Part shown: positions 1 through 13,561 of the stretch, in pieces
Layout: every line of letters starts with the position of its first letter
Numbering within the stretch: the stretch's first letter is position 1
Source of the DNA: Felis catus
Lineage: Eukaryota
Length of the DNA: 64,000 nt
Assembly (NCBI RefSeq): GCF_018350175.1
Contig: NC_058383.1
Location: forward strand, 30,258,001-30,322,000
Direction: 5' to 3'
The notes under the pieces: generated by a model
The model's database searches: none
Told to the model about the DNA's origin: nothing
What the model saw: the letters and a program-made list of their open reading frames with translations, nothing else
Translations under genes and position numbers: made by a program

Positions 1-309
1 GTTAATGTAAGTACTCCTGGCTGATGTGGTCTTTTAAGAGAAAGTCCCCCTTTCCCATAAATTCTAGAGGTGTCTGAAGATACGGAATGTCACTGTCAAA
101 AGGAATCTGCTACTAAAGATAAGAATATACATTCTCACCATACCAGGCATTGAAGTGGCAAGAGTTAAACTCAAGTCAGTGTTAGATCTCTATCTTTCTG
201 CCTTCCAGAAGAAAGTGCTAGGTTTCCAATGCCATAAAGTTTCAACAGAAGGATGCTCTGATATTCCCCCTTGGACTTAGTCGGGGAACATGTATCCAGG
301 TACCTCTAG

Positions 310-900
310 GACAGATTCACAGGTATCTCCCACTCCAAGTGCCCAAACCTGAACACATCATCATTACAAGTACTGTTCTTCTTCAGGCTCTTCCTTATCT
401 CTCCAATGGGGACGCCAACTAGCTTGTCACTCAAGCCAGAAGCACGGTGGCATTCACTGACTTCCACTCTCCTCCTCTCCTCTATTACCACTAATAAATC
501 ACCAAGTCCTTCCAGCTACACATGCAAATGCTTCTCTTGTAACACGGTCCACCTGACCCCCAACTGTGAACATTGTTCCACTTCAGCCACCAAACTGGCC
601 TCCCTTCCTTGAGTGTCGTGCCTCCACCCAGTCCATTCTCCACACTGAAGCCAGAGGCCTAATTCTAAAATGCCAAAGTGACCATGTCCCTCATCTACCA
701 AAACCTCCTCAAGCAATTTGCTCATGCAGCCATTCAACACAGTGGCATGGGCCATGTGCTAGGCAGTGGAAATCTAGGGAGGAATCAGAAACAGATGTGG
801 TCCCTGGCCTCATGAGCTGGGCATCTAGTAGGCAGAGACAGATAATGACTAAATAATCTCAGAAATTGCATAAAAGTATACATATGGTAAGTGCTATGAA
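310..900. mobile_element. Old L2 LINE fragments (plus, then minus)
   Basis: Degenerate L2 3'-region motifs, e.g. tgtgctaggcagtgg...tggtccctggcctcatgagct. Confidence 0.55.
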
Positions 901-991
901 GAACTATTCAGTATTATGAATATTTATAATAAAGTCTGGTCTGGGAACCAGATGTTGGAGCTTTGAAGGCAGGGACTTTATCTTTGCATCT

Positions 992-1184
992 GTGGGGCTC
1001 TCAATCCTGGCAGTACATGCAAATCACAGGGGAGAGCTTTTCAAGCATTCAGATACCTGGATCGCTCCCCCCAACCATTCGATTAGAATCTCTGGGCAGG
1101 TCTGGCCCAGACACAGATTTTCTTTTTTTTGTTAAGGCCCCTCCACCCAGGTGATTCTAAAGGTGCAGCCAGAGATGAAACCAC
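992..1184. mobile_element. MER5-type hAT-Charlie element
   Basis: ctctcaatcctggc...tagaatctctggg...caggtgattctaaaggtgcagccag. Confidence 0.7.
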
Positions 1185-2539
1185 AGGCACAGCCCTGGGG
1201 TCTAGCACAGTGCTGGCACATAGCTTTTCCTAGAGAACTCAAGGGAAGTGGCCTCTGACCTCACTCCTGTTCTCTCCAGCCGCCTCCCACCACCTTCCCT
1301 TCTAGGATGTCTAACAAGGTCAGATCCCACTATGATAGGCTCTTCTCCATGGCGTGCATCATAGTTACCATTCTGCCCTTGTTAATGTACTTCATTCATT
1401 ACTATTTATCTCTCCCACTGCAGTTCCAAGAGGACAAGTCCAGGTCAGATTCATGCCCAATACTTCATAAGCACTGTCCAGCCTACCTCCTGGAAGATAT
1501 TAGGTACCCAATCAATATTCAGTGAGTCGATGTAGGAGCAAAAAATCATGAATGCACATAGAGTATCAGGGCAGTCGTGGGAGTGGAAGCTTCCTTCCCC
1601 CATTCCTCCCAGGAGTCTCTTATGAAAGTCTCGCTCACCCTCGTTATGTCCCCAATCATGATTTGGAATCGTTCATTCCCCAGTTCCTCTTTCCACACAA
1701 TGGAGTGGTCTAAGTTCTGCTCAGAGAAGGGAATGTATTCAAGGTTTCCCATGTCTGACAAACCGAGAAAATTGATTATGCACTAAGTGTCCCGACAGCT
1801 GGGATACTTGATGTTTTCTCAAAAAGTTCTAAAGAGAAGAAGTCACAGAGACATTCAACTCTTGCCAGATCAGTGCAGGGATGGGGAGAGTCCTCCATTA
1901 AGAGGAGTCATGGAGTCCCACATGGAGAATCTACAACCTTCTCCATAATCAACCCTGACTTGGTCTCTTGGTGAGCCTGACACTGGGGAGCCCCTGACCA
2001 CAGAAAGTGTTTGGTACTTGGCGAAAGAGGGGGGTGGGCAGACGAATCTGGGGGTTCTGGAATCAGACAGACCTGTGTTTAGGAGATCTCAGGAATGTTA
2101 CTTAACCTCTTACAGCTTTATTTCCTTTTGTGTGAAATGGGGATAAATCAGGTTTGTTATGAGGAATAAATTATATGGGATCTATAAGCTCCATAGCATA
2201 GTTCTGGAATGCAGGAACTATTCGATACATATATTTCATCTGTCTCCTGGCTTATGAAAGAACTGGATTAAATCCAACAGACATTTATTGAGCACTCACT
2301 CTGTGCCAGGCAACTTGCTAAGTACAAAGGGGGCACTGATCCAAACCAACCATCCTTCTTTCCTTTCTTCCTTCCCCCTTCACTTCCCTCCACCTACCCT
2401 GTGTGTTGGCCTCGTTTGCCCTATGAAGTGGCCTAAGAAGGGGACTTGATCTATTTGGGATGATTAGGGAAGGCCCCCTCGGGGACGTGCCTTTAGCTGC
2501 CAGCTGGAGGTAAAGCGTAGCAGAAGCAGAATTCCAGGC

Positions 2540-3006
2540 CAGGGCACATGTGGTTCTTATAGCAAACACGGCCACAGTACTTTGTGGTTCCATCAAGAGG
2601 TGCAATGTCTTTCCCCATCCTTTGAAGCTGGCCTGCCCGTATGGCTGGCTTTGACCAGTAGCATGACCGGTGATGTCACTCATGTGCTGAACTGGGGCTT
2701 TTTTAAGAGTTCTACAGTTTCTGCTATCAGGCTTTTGGATTCCTGCCTCCATGTGCGTGCAGAAGGAAGCCCAAACCACAGCCTGCTAACTGCCAGATAC
2801 TGAGTGAGGCCATCCTAGACCACACAGCCATCAGCCCACCTGCCAGCGGACTCCAGATACCGAGTAAAACTGGCTGAGAACAGCCACTCCAGCCCAAACC
2901 AGAAGAAATGCCAGCTGACCCAGAATTACGAGTTCGATAAGTGGTGGCTATATGAAGCCACTGTCCTTTGGGATACTTTGTTAGGCAGCAGTATATGACT
3001 GATACA
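2540..3006 (+). mobile_element. MLT1 (MaLR) solo LTR
   Basis: gagtgaggccatcctagacc...cccagaatt...gcagtatatgactgataca terminus. The 5' boundary is approximate. Confidence 0.7.
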
Positions 3007-4190
3007 GAACAGCATTTGCAAAAGCCCTGAGGTGGGAAGGAGGGTGGCAGCTTCAAGAAACAGACAGGATGCCTAATTTGGTAGAGTGAAGAAGGCAGGG
3101 GCTCACCAGACCATCTAACGTCTTGCAGGCAACACTGTATCATTCACAGCTATTGATTTGTCTGACCATCTTCCCTCCACTAGACTCTGAGGTGTTTGAG
3201 AGAAGTACAGAGATGGCACAGATTTGTTGCCTGGGGCATGACACTGTTCCTCAAACAGTGATTTTCAAGAGTATTTCAATAACAAGAATGTGGATGGTGG
3301 TGGATGAACTGTTCCCATAACCAGGAAATGCAATTTTCGTGACGCTTTCTTTCCAGTGCCTTTGGTCTGCTCTAACTTGGCTCCGGAGGGGGAAGAAATG
3401 CCTACCTGGCCTCTCCTGGCTTTGTGCCGTATGGTCCCTGTCATTCTATCAAAACTCCTCTTGTGAAAGAAGTAACAGATTCATTGAACGGCCTTGAAAG
3501 CCCCATTAATAAATGCATTAACCTAATCAGCCCCGATACCTCATGGGCAGATGGCTGACAAGCCAACCAAGAAAAAGATGTGTGAGCCTTTCAACAACAT
3601 TGGCCCTCTCTAGTTTGATTTTTCTTCATTTAAAAAGAGGAAGAAAGAATGAAAAAGGTGCTTTCCTTCCAATAAGCCTCATTGCCTTGAAGGAACCAAG
3701 GCTGTAATATTAAACTGTACCTTCCTCCATCTGTCTCTCCCTTAATTATCAGCAGACACTTGTACAGGTGCAGGGTGGGATAGAGCCTCACTTCCGTGGG
3801 GATGGAGAGAGTCAAGGTAAGAACCAGTATCCACAACATGCCGCACATCTGGGGGTCTCAACATGTGGCCTCCCACCTACCTTCTTTCCCAGAGCCAAAG
3901 ATGTCTTAAGGAGAGCTTCCTACAGCTCATGACCACTCGGTGATATTCTTAGGTCTCAGGTGATGAATTTAACCTGGTAAGCAATGCCCCAACCAACCTA
4001 AGCTTTTGCTATTCCTCACTGGCCCCAGTCTTTGGTCCAAGAATAGGCTGAAAGCAAGTGATAAACCTTCCCATTACACTTAAGAATAAAATCCAAGTTA
4101 TTTGTAGTGGCCCCAAGGTCTGCGTGACCTGATCTCTGGCTACTTGTCCACCCTTGTCTCTTCCACACTTACTATGAACCCCTCACAAAG

Positions 4191-4630
4191 TGTATTCATT
4201 TTCCAGGGCTGCCATAACAAATTACCACAAATTGGGTGGCTTAAAACAACAGAAATTTATTCTTTCACAGATTCCAGAAGTCTGAAAAAAGTCTCAGCAG
4301 GGCCATGTTCCCTCTGCAGGCTCTAGGGGAGGATCCTTCCTCACCTCTTCTAGCCTCGGATAGTCGCCACAATCCTTGGTGTTCCTTGCCTTTTGCCTCA
4401 TTCCAATCTGTGCCTCAAACTCCACCTGGCCATCCCCTGTGTGTGGGTCCATGTGTCCAAATTTCCCTCTTCTTATAAGGACATCAGTCACTGCATTAGG
4501 ATCCACTTGAATCCAGTATGACCTCACCTTCACTTATTACATCTGCAAAGCCCCTATTTCCCAGGGTGGGGAGACGTTCTAATTTCTGAGTGGTACAGAT
4601 TTGGAGGGATACTCTTCAACCCAGTTCGCA
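4191..4630 (-). mobile_element. MLT1B/C-like solo LTR inserted in an L2 (L2 about 4070-5040)
   Basis: tgtattcattttccagggctgccataacaaattaccacaaattgggtggcttaaaacaacagaaatttatt is the typical reverse MLT1 end. Confidence 0.8.
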
Positions 4631-5137
4631 CAGGAGTCCTTTCTGTTTCTCAACACACCAAGCTTTTCCGCACGTCAGAGCCACTGAATTGTGTCCTAGC
4701 TGCCCAAAGGCTCTTCTTCTTGGTTGCGTATCTGGATCCGTCTTGTCATTTGGTTCTCTGATCAAAGGCCACTTCCTCCTAAAATTCCTCTTGATGACCC
4801 AGTCAAAAGAGAGCCCTCTCCACCCCCAGTTGCCCTTGTCACTTCTCCCCATCTTGTATATTCTTAACTCTGTGTCATTTTGTCAAGTTATCTTTCTTAG
4901 TTACTTGGGTATTGTCTGTCTACCTTGGCTAGAATATAAGCTCCAATTAGGGTAGAGGCCATTATCAGCTCTGCTCACTACTGTATCTCCAACACCTAGC
5001 CCAGTGCCTGGCATATAGTAGGGGTACAATGATTCATCTGATGAAGGCAAGGAAGCGTTGGAAATAGTTCACATACCAACAACATTCTTTAGAATATTAG
5101 AAATGGGCAGAATGTCTCCTGTTCAGGCCATCTACTG

Positions 5138-5777
5138 TGTCGTGGTTAATTTTATGCATCAACTAGGATGGGTCCACAGGTGTCTGGATTAATTTTTATT
5201 TCTGGGTGTGCCTATGAAGGTATTTCCGGATGTACTCAGTAAAGTAGATTGCCCTCCCCAATGTAGGTAGGAATTACCTAATGTGTTTGGGGATGAAATA
5301 CAACAAAAATCAGAGGAAGGGAAGATCCATGTCCTTCCTGACTGCCTGGCATTGGTTTTCTGCCCCTGGACTAGGAGAGGCATTGCTTTTCTGCTCCTGG
5401 ACTGGGAGTTACCCCATAGGCTCCCCGGGTTTTCAAGCCTCCGGACTTGGACTGAAATCACCCCACCGGCTTTCCTGAGTTTCTAGCTTGCAGACAATAG
5501 ATCATGGGACTTCTCAGCCTCCATAATCACATGAACCGACACCCCATAATAAATCTCCTTTCATATATATAGATATCCTATTTTTCATATATATGAATAT
5601 TTATAATATTCATATAGATACATACATATATATGAGATTTATTATGGGGAATTGCCTCAATCAAACTGATAATATATATATATATATATTATTCATGTGT
5701 GATATATAGGAATATATATAAATAATAGGATGTATCTGTGTGTCTGTAGTTCAATTTCTCTGGAGAATGCTAATACA
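5138..5777 (+). mobile_element. MLT2 (ERVL) solo LTR with an expanded AT microsatellite
   Basis: Starts tgtcgtggttaattttatgcatcaact, contains ctcagcctccataatcacatga, ends tttctctggagaatgctaataca. Confidence 0.8.
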
Positions 5778-6059
5778 TAGTCCGCAACATGGAAGACTGA
5801 CCTGTGCCCTGTGCTTTACAGAAACTTAAGGAATAAGCAGTGGTTAAGTTCCTTTATTTCTGGGGCAGAAGAACCTGGTGCTGCCCAGCTCCATATCCCT
5901 GGCCATAGTCTTGCAGAGGCATGACTGCAGAGGAGCAGTTCGTTCAAGGAAGCAAGATGAAGGTGGGTGAAGGAGGCATGGGCTGGTTAGAGACTGCTTC
6001 GCTAGAGCAGAAATCTGGCCTCCCTCCCAGCTCCCCCAGTGGTAAACTGAGTAAAAGCT

Positions 6060-6250
6060 CATCTTTATTAAGTGTGTGCTCTGTTCTAGATACTTGGCTA
6101 GGGAATTTGTTAACCCGTGTAATACTCTCAATACAGTACTAAGGTAGGTGCCATCATCAGTCCCATTTTATAAATGGGGAAACTGAGGCTACAGAGCTTT
6201 GGCAACTTGTCCAAGCGACGGTACTGGGATTTGAACCCAGGACACCTGGC
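6060..6250 (-). mobile_element. MIR
   Basis: Core cccattttataaatggggaaactgaggct...gggatttgaacccagg. Further MIR fragments at about 2050, 7260, 10780, 12370, 14020, 17040, 18800, 32870, 34490, 35410, 39820, 49260 and 55290. Confidence 0.8.
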
Positions 6251-8942
6251 CGAATACCAGGTATCCTGGAATTTGTGAATTTGTGGCTACAGCACTCACC
6301 ACTTCCCTGGTTAGGCTGCCTGCCTTATGGAGAATAGTCTTGTTTCCTTTTGAAGGTTTTATCTGTGGGAAAACATCCCCCTAAACTAAAGAAAATGGAG
6401 GGCAGAATGAGAATTATGCAGAAAAATCACTTTTCTCGATTCCCCCTCTCCAGACATCAGGGGTGGGGGTGTACAGGTAAGTTACCATATTCTCAAGTAA
6501 GACATATTCCCATGTCACCATGGGAAGTTTAACAAAGCCCCAAATTCCCTCTTAAGGCAAACTATGTTTATCTTCTTCTTTGAGGTGAGGAGGGAGCTGG
6601 GGGTGACATGAGACTCTCCTTGCCAGGTTGTGACTCTTCCAGCATTCAAATTGGCTAGTGCACAGGTCTTGTGCATCTCTGAGGGGCACTGACCAAAAGC
6701 AGACCAGCTATCCCAGAGCTGGGCTGGAAAGAACCATTCACTCACTTCTCACAGAACTGAGAGAAGACGGAAGTTCCTTCCTCATCACTCAGGGCCAGGC
6801 ACTCTCCATATTATGTCATGTATCTGGCTCCCACCCCATCCCAAGCCAATGAGGCAGATGTGCTTGCCTGGGCTCTTCACGCTACATCATGCTGATTCCC
6901 TCAATGTAGTGGGATATTTTCAGATATTACCCAATATTTCCTTTTCTTGTGGCTCTAGCATCCCCTCCCCATCACCCAGAGAGCAGCAATCAATTTCAAT
7001 GATGACAGAGAGCCAAAGTGTTGGTTTTGAATCCTACACTGGGCTCTTGACAGCCATAGCAGAGCCTGAGACTCAAAAGGCGAGGCTTCAGCATTAAATT
7101 TCAGGAATTAGAAGGATTAATGAGCAAAAGAAAGAAGTATTAATGAGGCTACACCTTGAAGGATGCAGTGGATCAGGTCTGGAAGAATCTAACGATGTCT
7201 GGAAGAATTCCCACCTGATTTTTTGTGACCGTAAATTCTTCCTTACAATATGGCGGAAAGAGCCTACCCTTTGAAAGAAGATGGATCTGGGTTCAAATCC
7301 CAGGTTTTCCACTTACAAGCTGGAGACGTTGAGCAAATAACCTGATCTCTCTTAAGGTTACCAACAAAATTGAAAATAAAACAACCAGGGTTACGTGGCA
7401 GGAGTGTGAGGGTACCAAAGGGAATCATATACAATAGCAATGTTCTTGCCTCGTAAGTAGGTATTCAACAGACAGTAGCTGCTGTTGCTGTCATTGTTCG
7501 AAAGGAAAAGAAACTCACATGGGGGTACTAAGACTGACTTTGAAGGGTGCAGTACAGGAATAAAGGAGACAAGGCAGGTTAAAGCACAAACCATTACACA
7601 TGGCAGAAGGCAGGCCTCCTTAAATGCACATCTCCTGGGAAGGTGTAGCACGTGGTCATTTGTCTCTCGGGTCTCTTTCTACCCTTTTCTCTTGGGCACA
7701 TGGCCACCCAGCTCTGAGCTACATTTCCTCAACCTTCTCAGAAGCTCAATTTGGCCATGTAGTTCATCTCTTGCCCATGTGAGGTTAGCAAAAGGGATGC
7801 ACCCAATTTTCCACTTCACCTTACTTGCTTGCAAGAAAATCATTTCCCCTGGGTGTCCTCTCTTCCGCCTTCTCATAGCCTATGACAGCCACCAGCTACA
7901 ACAATGCAGCCGAGGACAATCCGGTAGAGGGTGGTAGAGAAACAGTGTTGGAGGAACCTGGGTCCCCGTGGGACAGTTTGGAGTCAAGCTGCCCCACCAA
8001 CCACCCCCCCCTCGGGACTATAACAGAGATATACATCTTTCCCTCAAGCCACTGTATCTGTAGGGACCTTTGGCTCAGTAGGACAGTATTTGCTTTTTAC
8101 TTATACAGGAATATTTTCTGGGTCTCTACTTCTTTTTCCTCCCTCACAAACTAAATTAAAAAGCAAAAGCGGGGACAGTTCATGTTTAAAAAATACCCAG
8201 GTATTTCTCTCTTCTTTTAAAATGCATTCTATAAATCTGTGCAGGTTCCTGAAACTGTCTCAGCAGGCAGAAACAAGAAAGGCAGGAAAAAAGCCTAGCT
8301 TCTCAGACAGGAGAGGGCCAGGGAGGAGATGAGAAGGACTGTCTTTATGGTGAATTAGCCCTGTTTCACCTGGTTCTGGGCCTTGCTGAAGAGGCACAAG
8401 GAAGAAAAGTCGCATTTGAACCAGGTCCTAATAAAGCTCAGGGCTCCCAGCTTTCTTGAAGTCCTGTGTCTCTCTAAGAAAGAAAATTCTCAAGGGGAGT
8501 CCAGGAGCCTGGACCTTTTTTTTTTTTTTTTTTTTTTTTTTGGTCTTAACCCTGAGGGCTTCCACTGCCTTTGCTGGAGAGGATTCTGAAACAGCGCCTG
8601 GCTTGGGCTGTGCACCAAAGGTGTCCAAGCTATGCCATGAGCCCCTCTGTTGTGAACTCCAGGCCTCGAACCCTACAGGTCTTTTGTCTTGTCCTTAGGC
8701 AGGCCTGCTATGCAGTCACCTCTTTCTGAAAGGCTGTTGAATAAAGATGGGGTCCAGCCATGGCTGCCCACAGAGCCCCCTGCACAGAATGGTCCTGGAT
8801 GGAAACTGCATTCATTCATTCATCACCCTTCGATGCATCTCACACTGCTGCTCCAGAGATGGAGATACTTCTTTTCAGAAATTCCTTTGTGTGGTTTATC
8901 TTGTGATCAACCTCCCCTCTGGTGAAATTTTATGCAACTGGG

Positions 8943-9156
8943 TTTTTTAATTTTTTTAATCTTTATATATTTTTGAGAGAGAGACAGAGCATGAGCTGAG
9001 GAGGGGCAGAGACAGAGGGAGACGCAGAATCAGAAGCAGGCTCCAGGCCCTGAGCTGTCAGCACAAAGCCCGACAAGGGGCTCGAAATCATGAAGCGTGA
9101 GATCATGACTGGAGCCGAAGTCGGATGCTCAACCGACTGAGCCACCTAGAAGCCCC
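8943..9156 (-). mobile_element. CanSINE (SINEC)
   Basis: Reverse complement of the tRNA-derived head, (CT)n linker and A-tail. Confidence 0.93.
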
Positions 9157-9269
9157 AAGTTTTTTTTTTTTCTTAATGAAACAAATACAGGTTATTATCC
9201 TTAAAACAATGCACCTCCTTCCAAAATGCTATAGGCAAAGGGCCATCTCAAAGATAATCGTAAGGTTTG

Positions 9270-9769
9270 GGATCCTATGTTAAATTGACGCATGAATGGC
9301 TTCAATTCCTCACCCTTCCCTGTATCCATGCTCTTTTTATGTGACTTTGAAACTCACCCCAAAAGAGGAAGATCTTTTTCTCCCACCAGTGGATTCGGAG
9401 TTCATCCATGTGATTAATGAATGGTAGAAGACATGACATAACAGAAGTTTGATAAAGTTCTTTGTGTTTCTCTTTTGCACCTATGTCATCGTCATGAGAT
9501 GTCTAGGCTACCCTCTCTGAGGATGACACACCTAGAGCAGAGCCAAGTCACCCCAGTCACTCCAGCTAAAACCAGCCTAGATCAGCCAACATCCAGCCAC
9601 CTCCCAAGTAGATGGGTCAACTCAGCTGAGCTGTGGAGAAACTCCCAAGTCAATATAAGTCACTGGTACACAGACACCTAGTCTCAGTAAATGCTGCTAA
9701 ATAAATGTTAAACCACAAGGTTTGGGGCCACTTGTTATGCAGCATTATTATGGCAAGACTACTGATACA
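9270..9769 (+). mobile_element. MLT1 solo LTR
   Basis: cccttccctgtatccatgc...ttgttatgcagcattattatggcaagactactgataca terminus. Confidence 0.7.
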
Positions 9770-12700
9770 AATACCAATCATTTACTCACCCTACTTCTAG
9801 GAAAAGCCCCCTAGGTGGCTCTTTTCAGGTGGGGAATCCACCTGTCTCCTACTGTTGATCCACATGGTTTAGATGACATACCTCTCCACTCTCCCACCCC
9901 CAGCTATTCCCCAGTGACTATAATCAACCCATTTCATTGCCCTTACTATAGCAATTTGTTCAGAGGTGGGCACGTGACAAGGCAAGCCAATGAGAGCAAA
10001 GCCTGGGATCTGTGGTTACAGAGACAGAAGGGCTAAAGAGATCAATGACCCCCAACCTTCCATCCTATAGGAGAGAAACTGAAGGGCTCAAGGATACCAA
10101 ACTAGGTGGAAGCAGCAATGGATCTGGAACACAGGTCTCCTGGACTTCCATCTGCTTAATTTATCCATGTCCCAGCACCTCTTCAGAAAAGACTGCAGGA
10201 TTCCCTGCAAATGCTATACCTCACTTCACTTAATAATTTGTTAATAAAACGCATACTGAGTGTCTGTTATCTGCTGTGGGTACCATGCAAGATGCCAGTG
10301 AAGTTTGGAATGAATAAGATCTAGCTGGTTTAGCCTCTGAGGGGCATATTCTGAAACTAGCATAAAATGTTTACTGCAATCTTACCACGGCGGCCTTTTC
10401 TGCAAAGCAGAGAATTTCCCCCATGCCCTATGGGTTCCCAGGAAAGCTCATCAAAACTCCAGTGCTCACTGTGTGCTTTTAAAAGAGGCCATACTTAGGA
10501 GCTGGTGGGATTTGATTTTTATTAAAAAAAAATCCCCTCCCTATCCTCCACCTGCTCTGCACCCTCCAGCTCACCAGCAAACCAATAACCCAAATCAGAA
10601 AATTGCAAAAGGCTGCATTTCATGAAGTAATGTTCTAAGGTCGCCTTTCCGTGGGTCCTTACCCAAGATGTGCACACCCCAACAGAACTGCAACCCAAAT
10701 TACATGTTTTCTACTGCTTTGTGCCTTCTGTAGCATCTCTTGGATGAATATTTATTGAGCTGCATCAATATTCTTCAAAAAAAAGAAAGAACTGGAATTT
10801 GCTGAGCACCTACTCTGTGCTGGACACGCTCTCAGCCATTTCACTGACACTATCTCACTTAAACCCTCTTAAAGATGGACGAAAAGGCAATATCATCTTT
10901 TCCATGTGACAATGGGAACTAAGGCCCAGAGATACTGAGTAATTAGGCCACCAAATTTCTGTGCCACAGCTGATGAGTGTCAGGGCAGGACACCAAATCC
11001 AAGACTGTCACCTCTAATGTTCCTACTTTCCAGCTGGGGCTCCAGCTCAAACCCTCAATTAAGAAAACAGTTTTATTTCAGCAAACACCAAAAATACTCA
11101 TGTTTGGAAGAATGCTGGCATGTGGAATTGGCGTTGTAGGGCAAACTGCGTCTAGGGATTGGGTCTTGGGAAAGGTAGGTCCACACTTTAGTATATAGAG
11201 AATTATCCAGAAGGTGCAGTTACAAAATAAAAAAAAAAAAAAAGAAAAGAAACATGATGAAAAGATGTTGAGGTCCCACATCCAGTGGTTCCAGCTTCTT
11301 TGCAATGTGTCCAAAGGATTTTCATTTGTAACAAGCATCTCCAGTGATTCTGAGTCCAGGTTTTAAGCCATTCTTTGAAGACTGGGTCCGTGTCCTGGGT
11401 ATGACAGAATTTTCCCGTGTGACTTCGGGCAACCTCATTTATCTCAGGGGACTTGGTTCTCTCATCCATAAAAGCAGAAAGGTTGAATCAGGTGCATTTT
11501 CTTCATTGTCACCATTGCCGTGTATTACCTGTATTACCTCATAACATTCCCCCCCCCCCCCACCCGAACACGAGAGGGTGTGGATTTTCATTGCCTCTGC
11601 TTTGGAAATGGTAGAAATGGGTGTTCAGAGCATGTGAGTGGCTTGTGCAAAAGCATATGGTCTGCTTCTGATCAGAGCCAGAGTGACTATATCACAGTAC
11701 ACAGCACCATGCTGGCATTTTCCCCAAGTTCAGTGCTCCAATGTAGCACTGGACTAAGGGATAGGTCAGGTCCAAACATTCATTTTGCAAATAGCCAGGT
11801 TTCAAAAGACATGGCTTTGTGCTGATAAGGAAAGTCCACTGGGCTTGAGGGGGTAGTGTCTTCCCAGGTGTACTGTCAACAATTATGCCAGGAGTTCCCA
11901 GGGCTGGACACGGGTGGAGTAACAGCAGGGACCACTAGGGGGTGGTGTGCATGAGAAACCTCAGAGAAAAATGAATGGCGCGAACCGGTGTGATCTGTTT
12001 GCCACGTTCAATCCTGGCAGATATGGTTCGCCTCCCAAGGGAATTATAGATCATGCAGGTGGAACAGGACACTTGCATCTTTAGGGACCTTGTCTTTTCT
12101 TCTAGGCAGCTATCCCTTCCTTCACCAACCTCCCCACATGGCGCGCACCCCTCCTCCTACTCCTCTGCTCCTTCCTGCCTTACGTTCCCAGAGTGGGTTT
12201 CTAGCCACATTCATGCCCCTGTATGTGAAGATGTTAACTGCATTTCCTGAAGAGGAGAGAGACCAGACATCAAAAGTGTTTGGGAAATGACGTGGTAGAG
12301 TCTGACAGTTTTTGTTACCACGAGATTTTCCAGAGCCTTTAATTTGTTCACCTGGAAATAGTCATAATGATGCCAGTAATAGCCTTCATGCGGTTACCAC
12401 TTTCCGTATGTCAGGCACCGCACGTGTTGTACATGTTACCTTATCTTCACAGCAACCTAGGCAGTGGGTGACAGTCTGGTCTCTGTTGTGCGGATCAGAA
12501 AACAGGGACTCAGAGGGGTTGGCTGACTTGCTGAGGGTCACAAGAGTATTGAATGATGAGCCTGATTGTAACCCAGGAGTGTCTGGGGCTAAACCCATCA
12601 CACCCTGCATGTGTCTCCCTTTTGAGAAGGGAGCGGAATGTGGGAGGTGGGGGCCATCCAAACTCCCCAACCTTGTTATCATGCCTCCTGTAGACTCAGG

Positions 12701-13372
12701 GTCTGGAGACTGAGTAGAGAACACTAGAGAAAGATCAGTGACTCTAGAGGAACTTGGGCCTGGCCAACTCTGAGACCCCTTTCCTCCCCTCCACCCCCAA
12801 GACAAGGCAGGATAAATAAAGATGCATTTAACAGGACAGGTGAAATTAGCCCAGTTTGGGTGGAAAAACAGCTTCCAAGCCCTTGCTTTTGACCCATCCT
12901 GAAATATTTCCTAAATGCATCAGACAACAATAAGCTGATATAAAGACAGGGGTGCTGACTGCCTCTAAATGCTGTCACGGGAATCATAATGGCTTTGTTT
13001 TTCACACAGGAGAGAAAAAAAAAGTTTAGGCCTCAAATTAGTAGGTCTGTCATGTTCCAAATTGTTTGCCTTTCTAAAAATGGATGTTGACATGTAAACA
13101 GTTATTACCTAATGCAAGACCCAAAAATCTGCCTCTCTAAAGGCAACAACTGTGTAGTCAAGGGATCCTTAGCAGACTCGTGGGTCTAAGGCTCTCTCTG
13201 TGGATATGGGAATACAGTGCATCCCCTTCCCTTCCGTGCTCCCCCCAGAGCTCAGGTTGTTTCTGAGCCACCGAGACCTAGTCAAACTCCCCTCATCAGA
13301 ACCCTCAGCCCACAGAAAGATCTTTAGAGACCTAACCAGAGGGTGCTAGTTCCCAGCAAGATTTCTCTACTG

Positions 13373-13561
13373 TGGTGGTTTTCAAAGTGTGGTCCCCAGG
13401 CCAGCAGCATCCCCTGGGAACCTGGTGGCAATGTAACTCCTCGGGTCCAGCCGAAAGCCCAGTGAATCAGAAGCTCTAGGATGGAGCCCAGGGATTTGGG
13501 TTTTAACAATCCTCTGGGGGAGGCTGATGCTGCTCAAGGAGCTGAAATGTGAGAACCAGTG
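13373..13561. mobile_element. MER5A hAT-Charlie element
   Basis: gtggttttcaaagtgtggtccccaggccagcagcatc...gaatcagaagctct...tgagaaccagtg. Confidence 0.85.
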
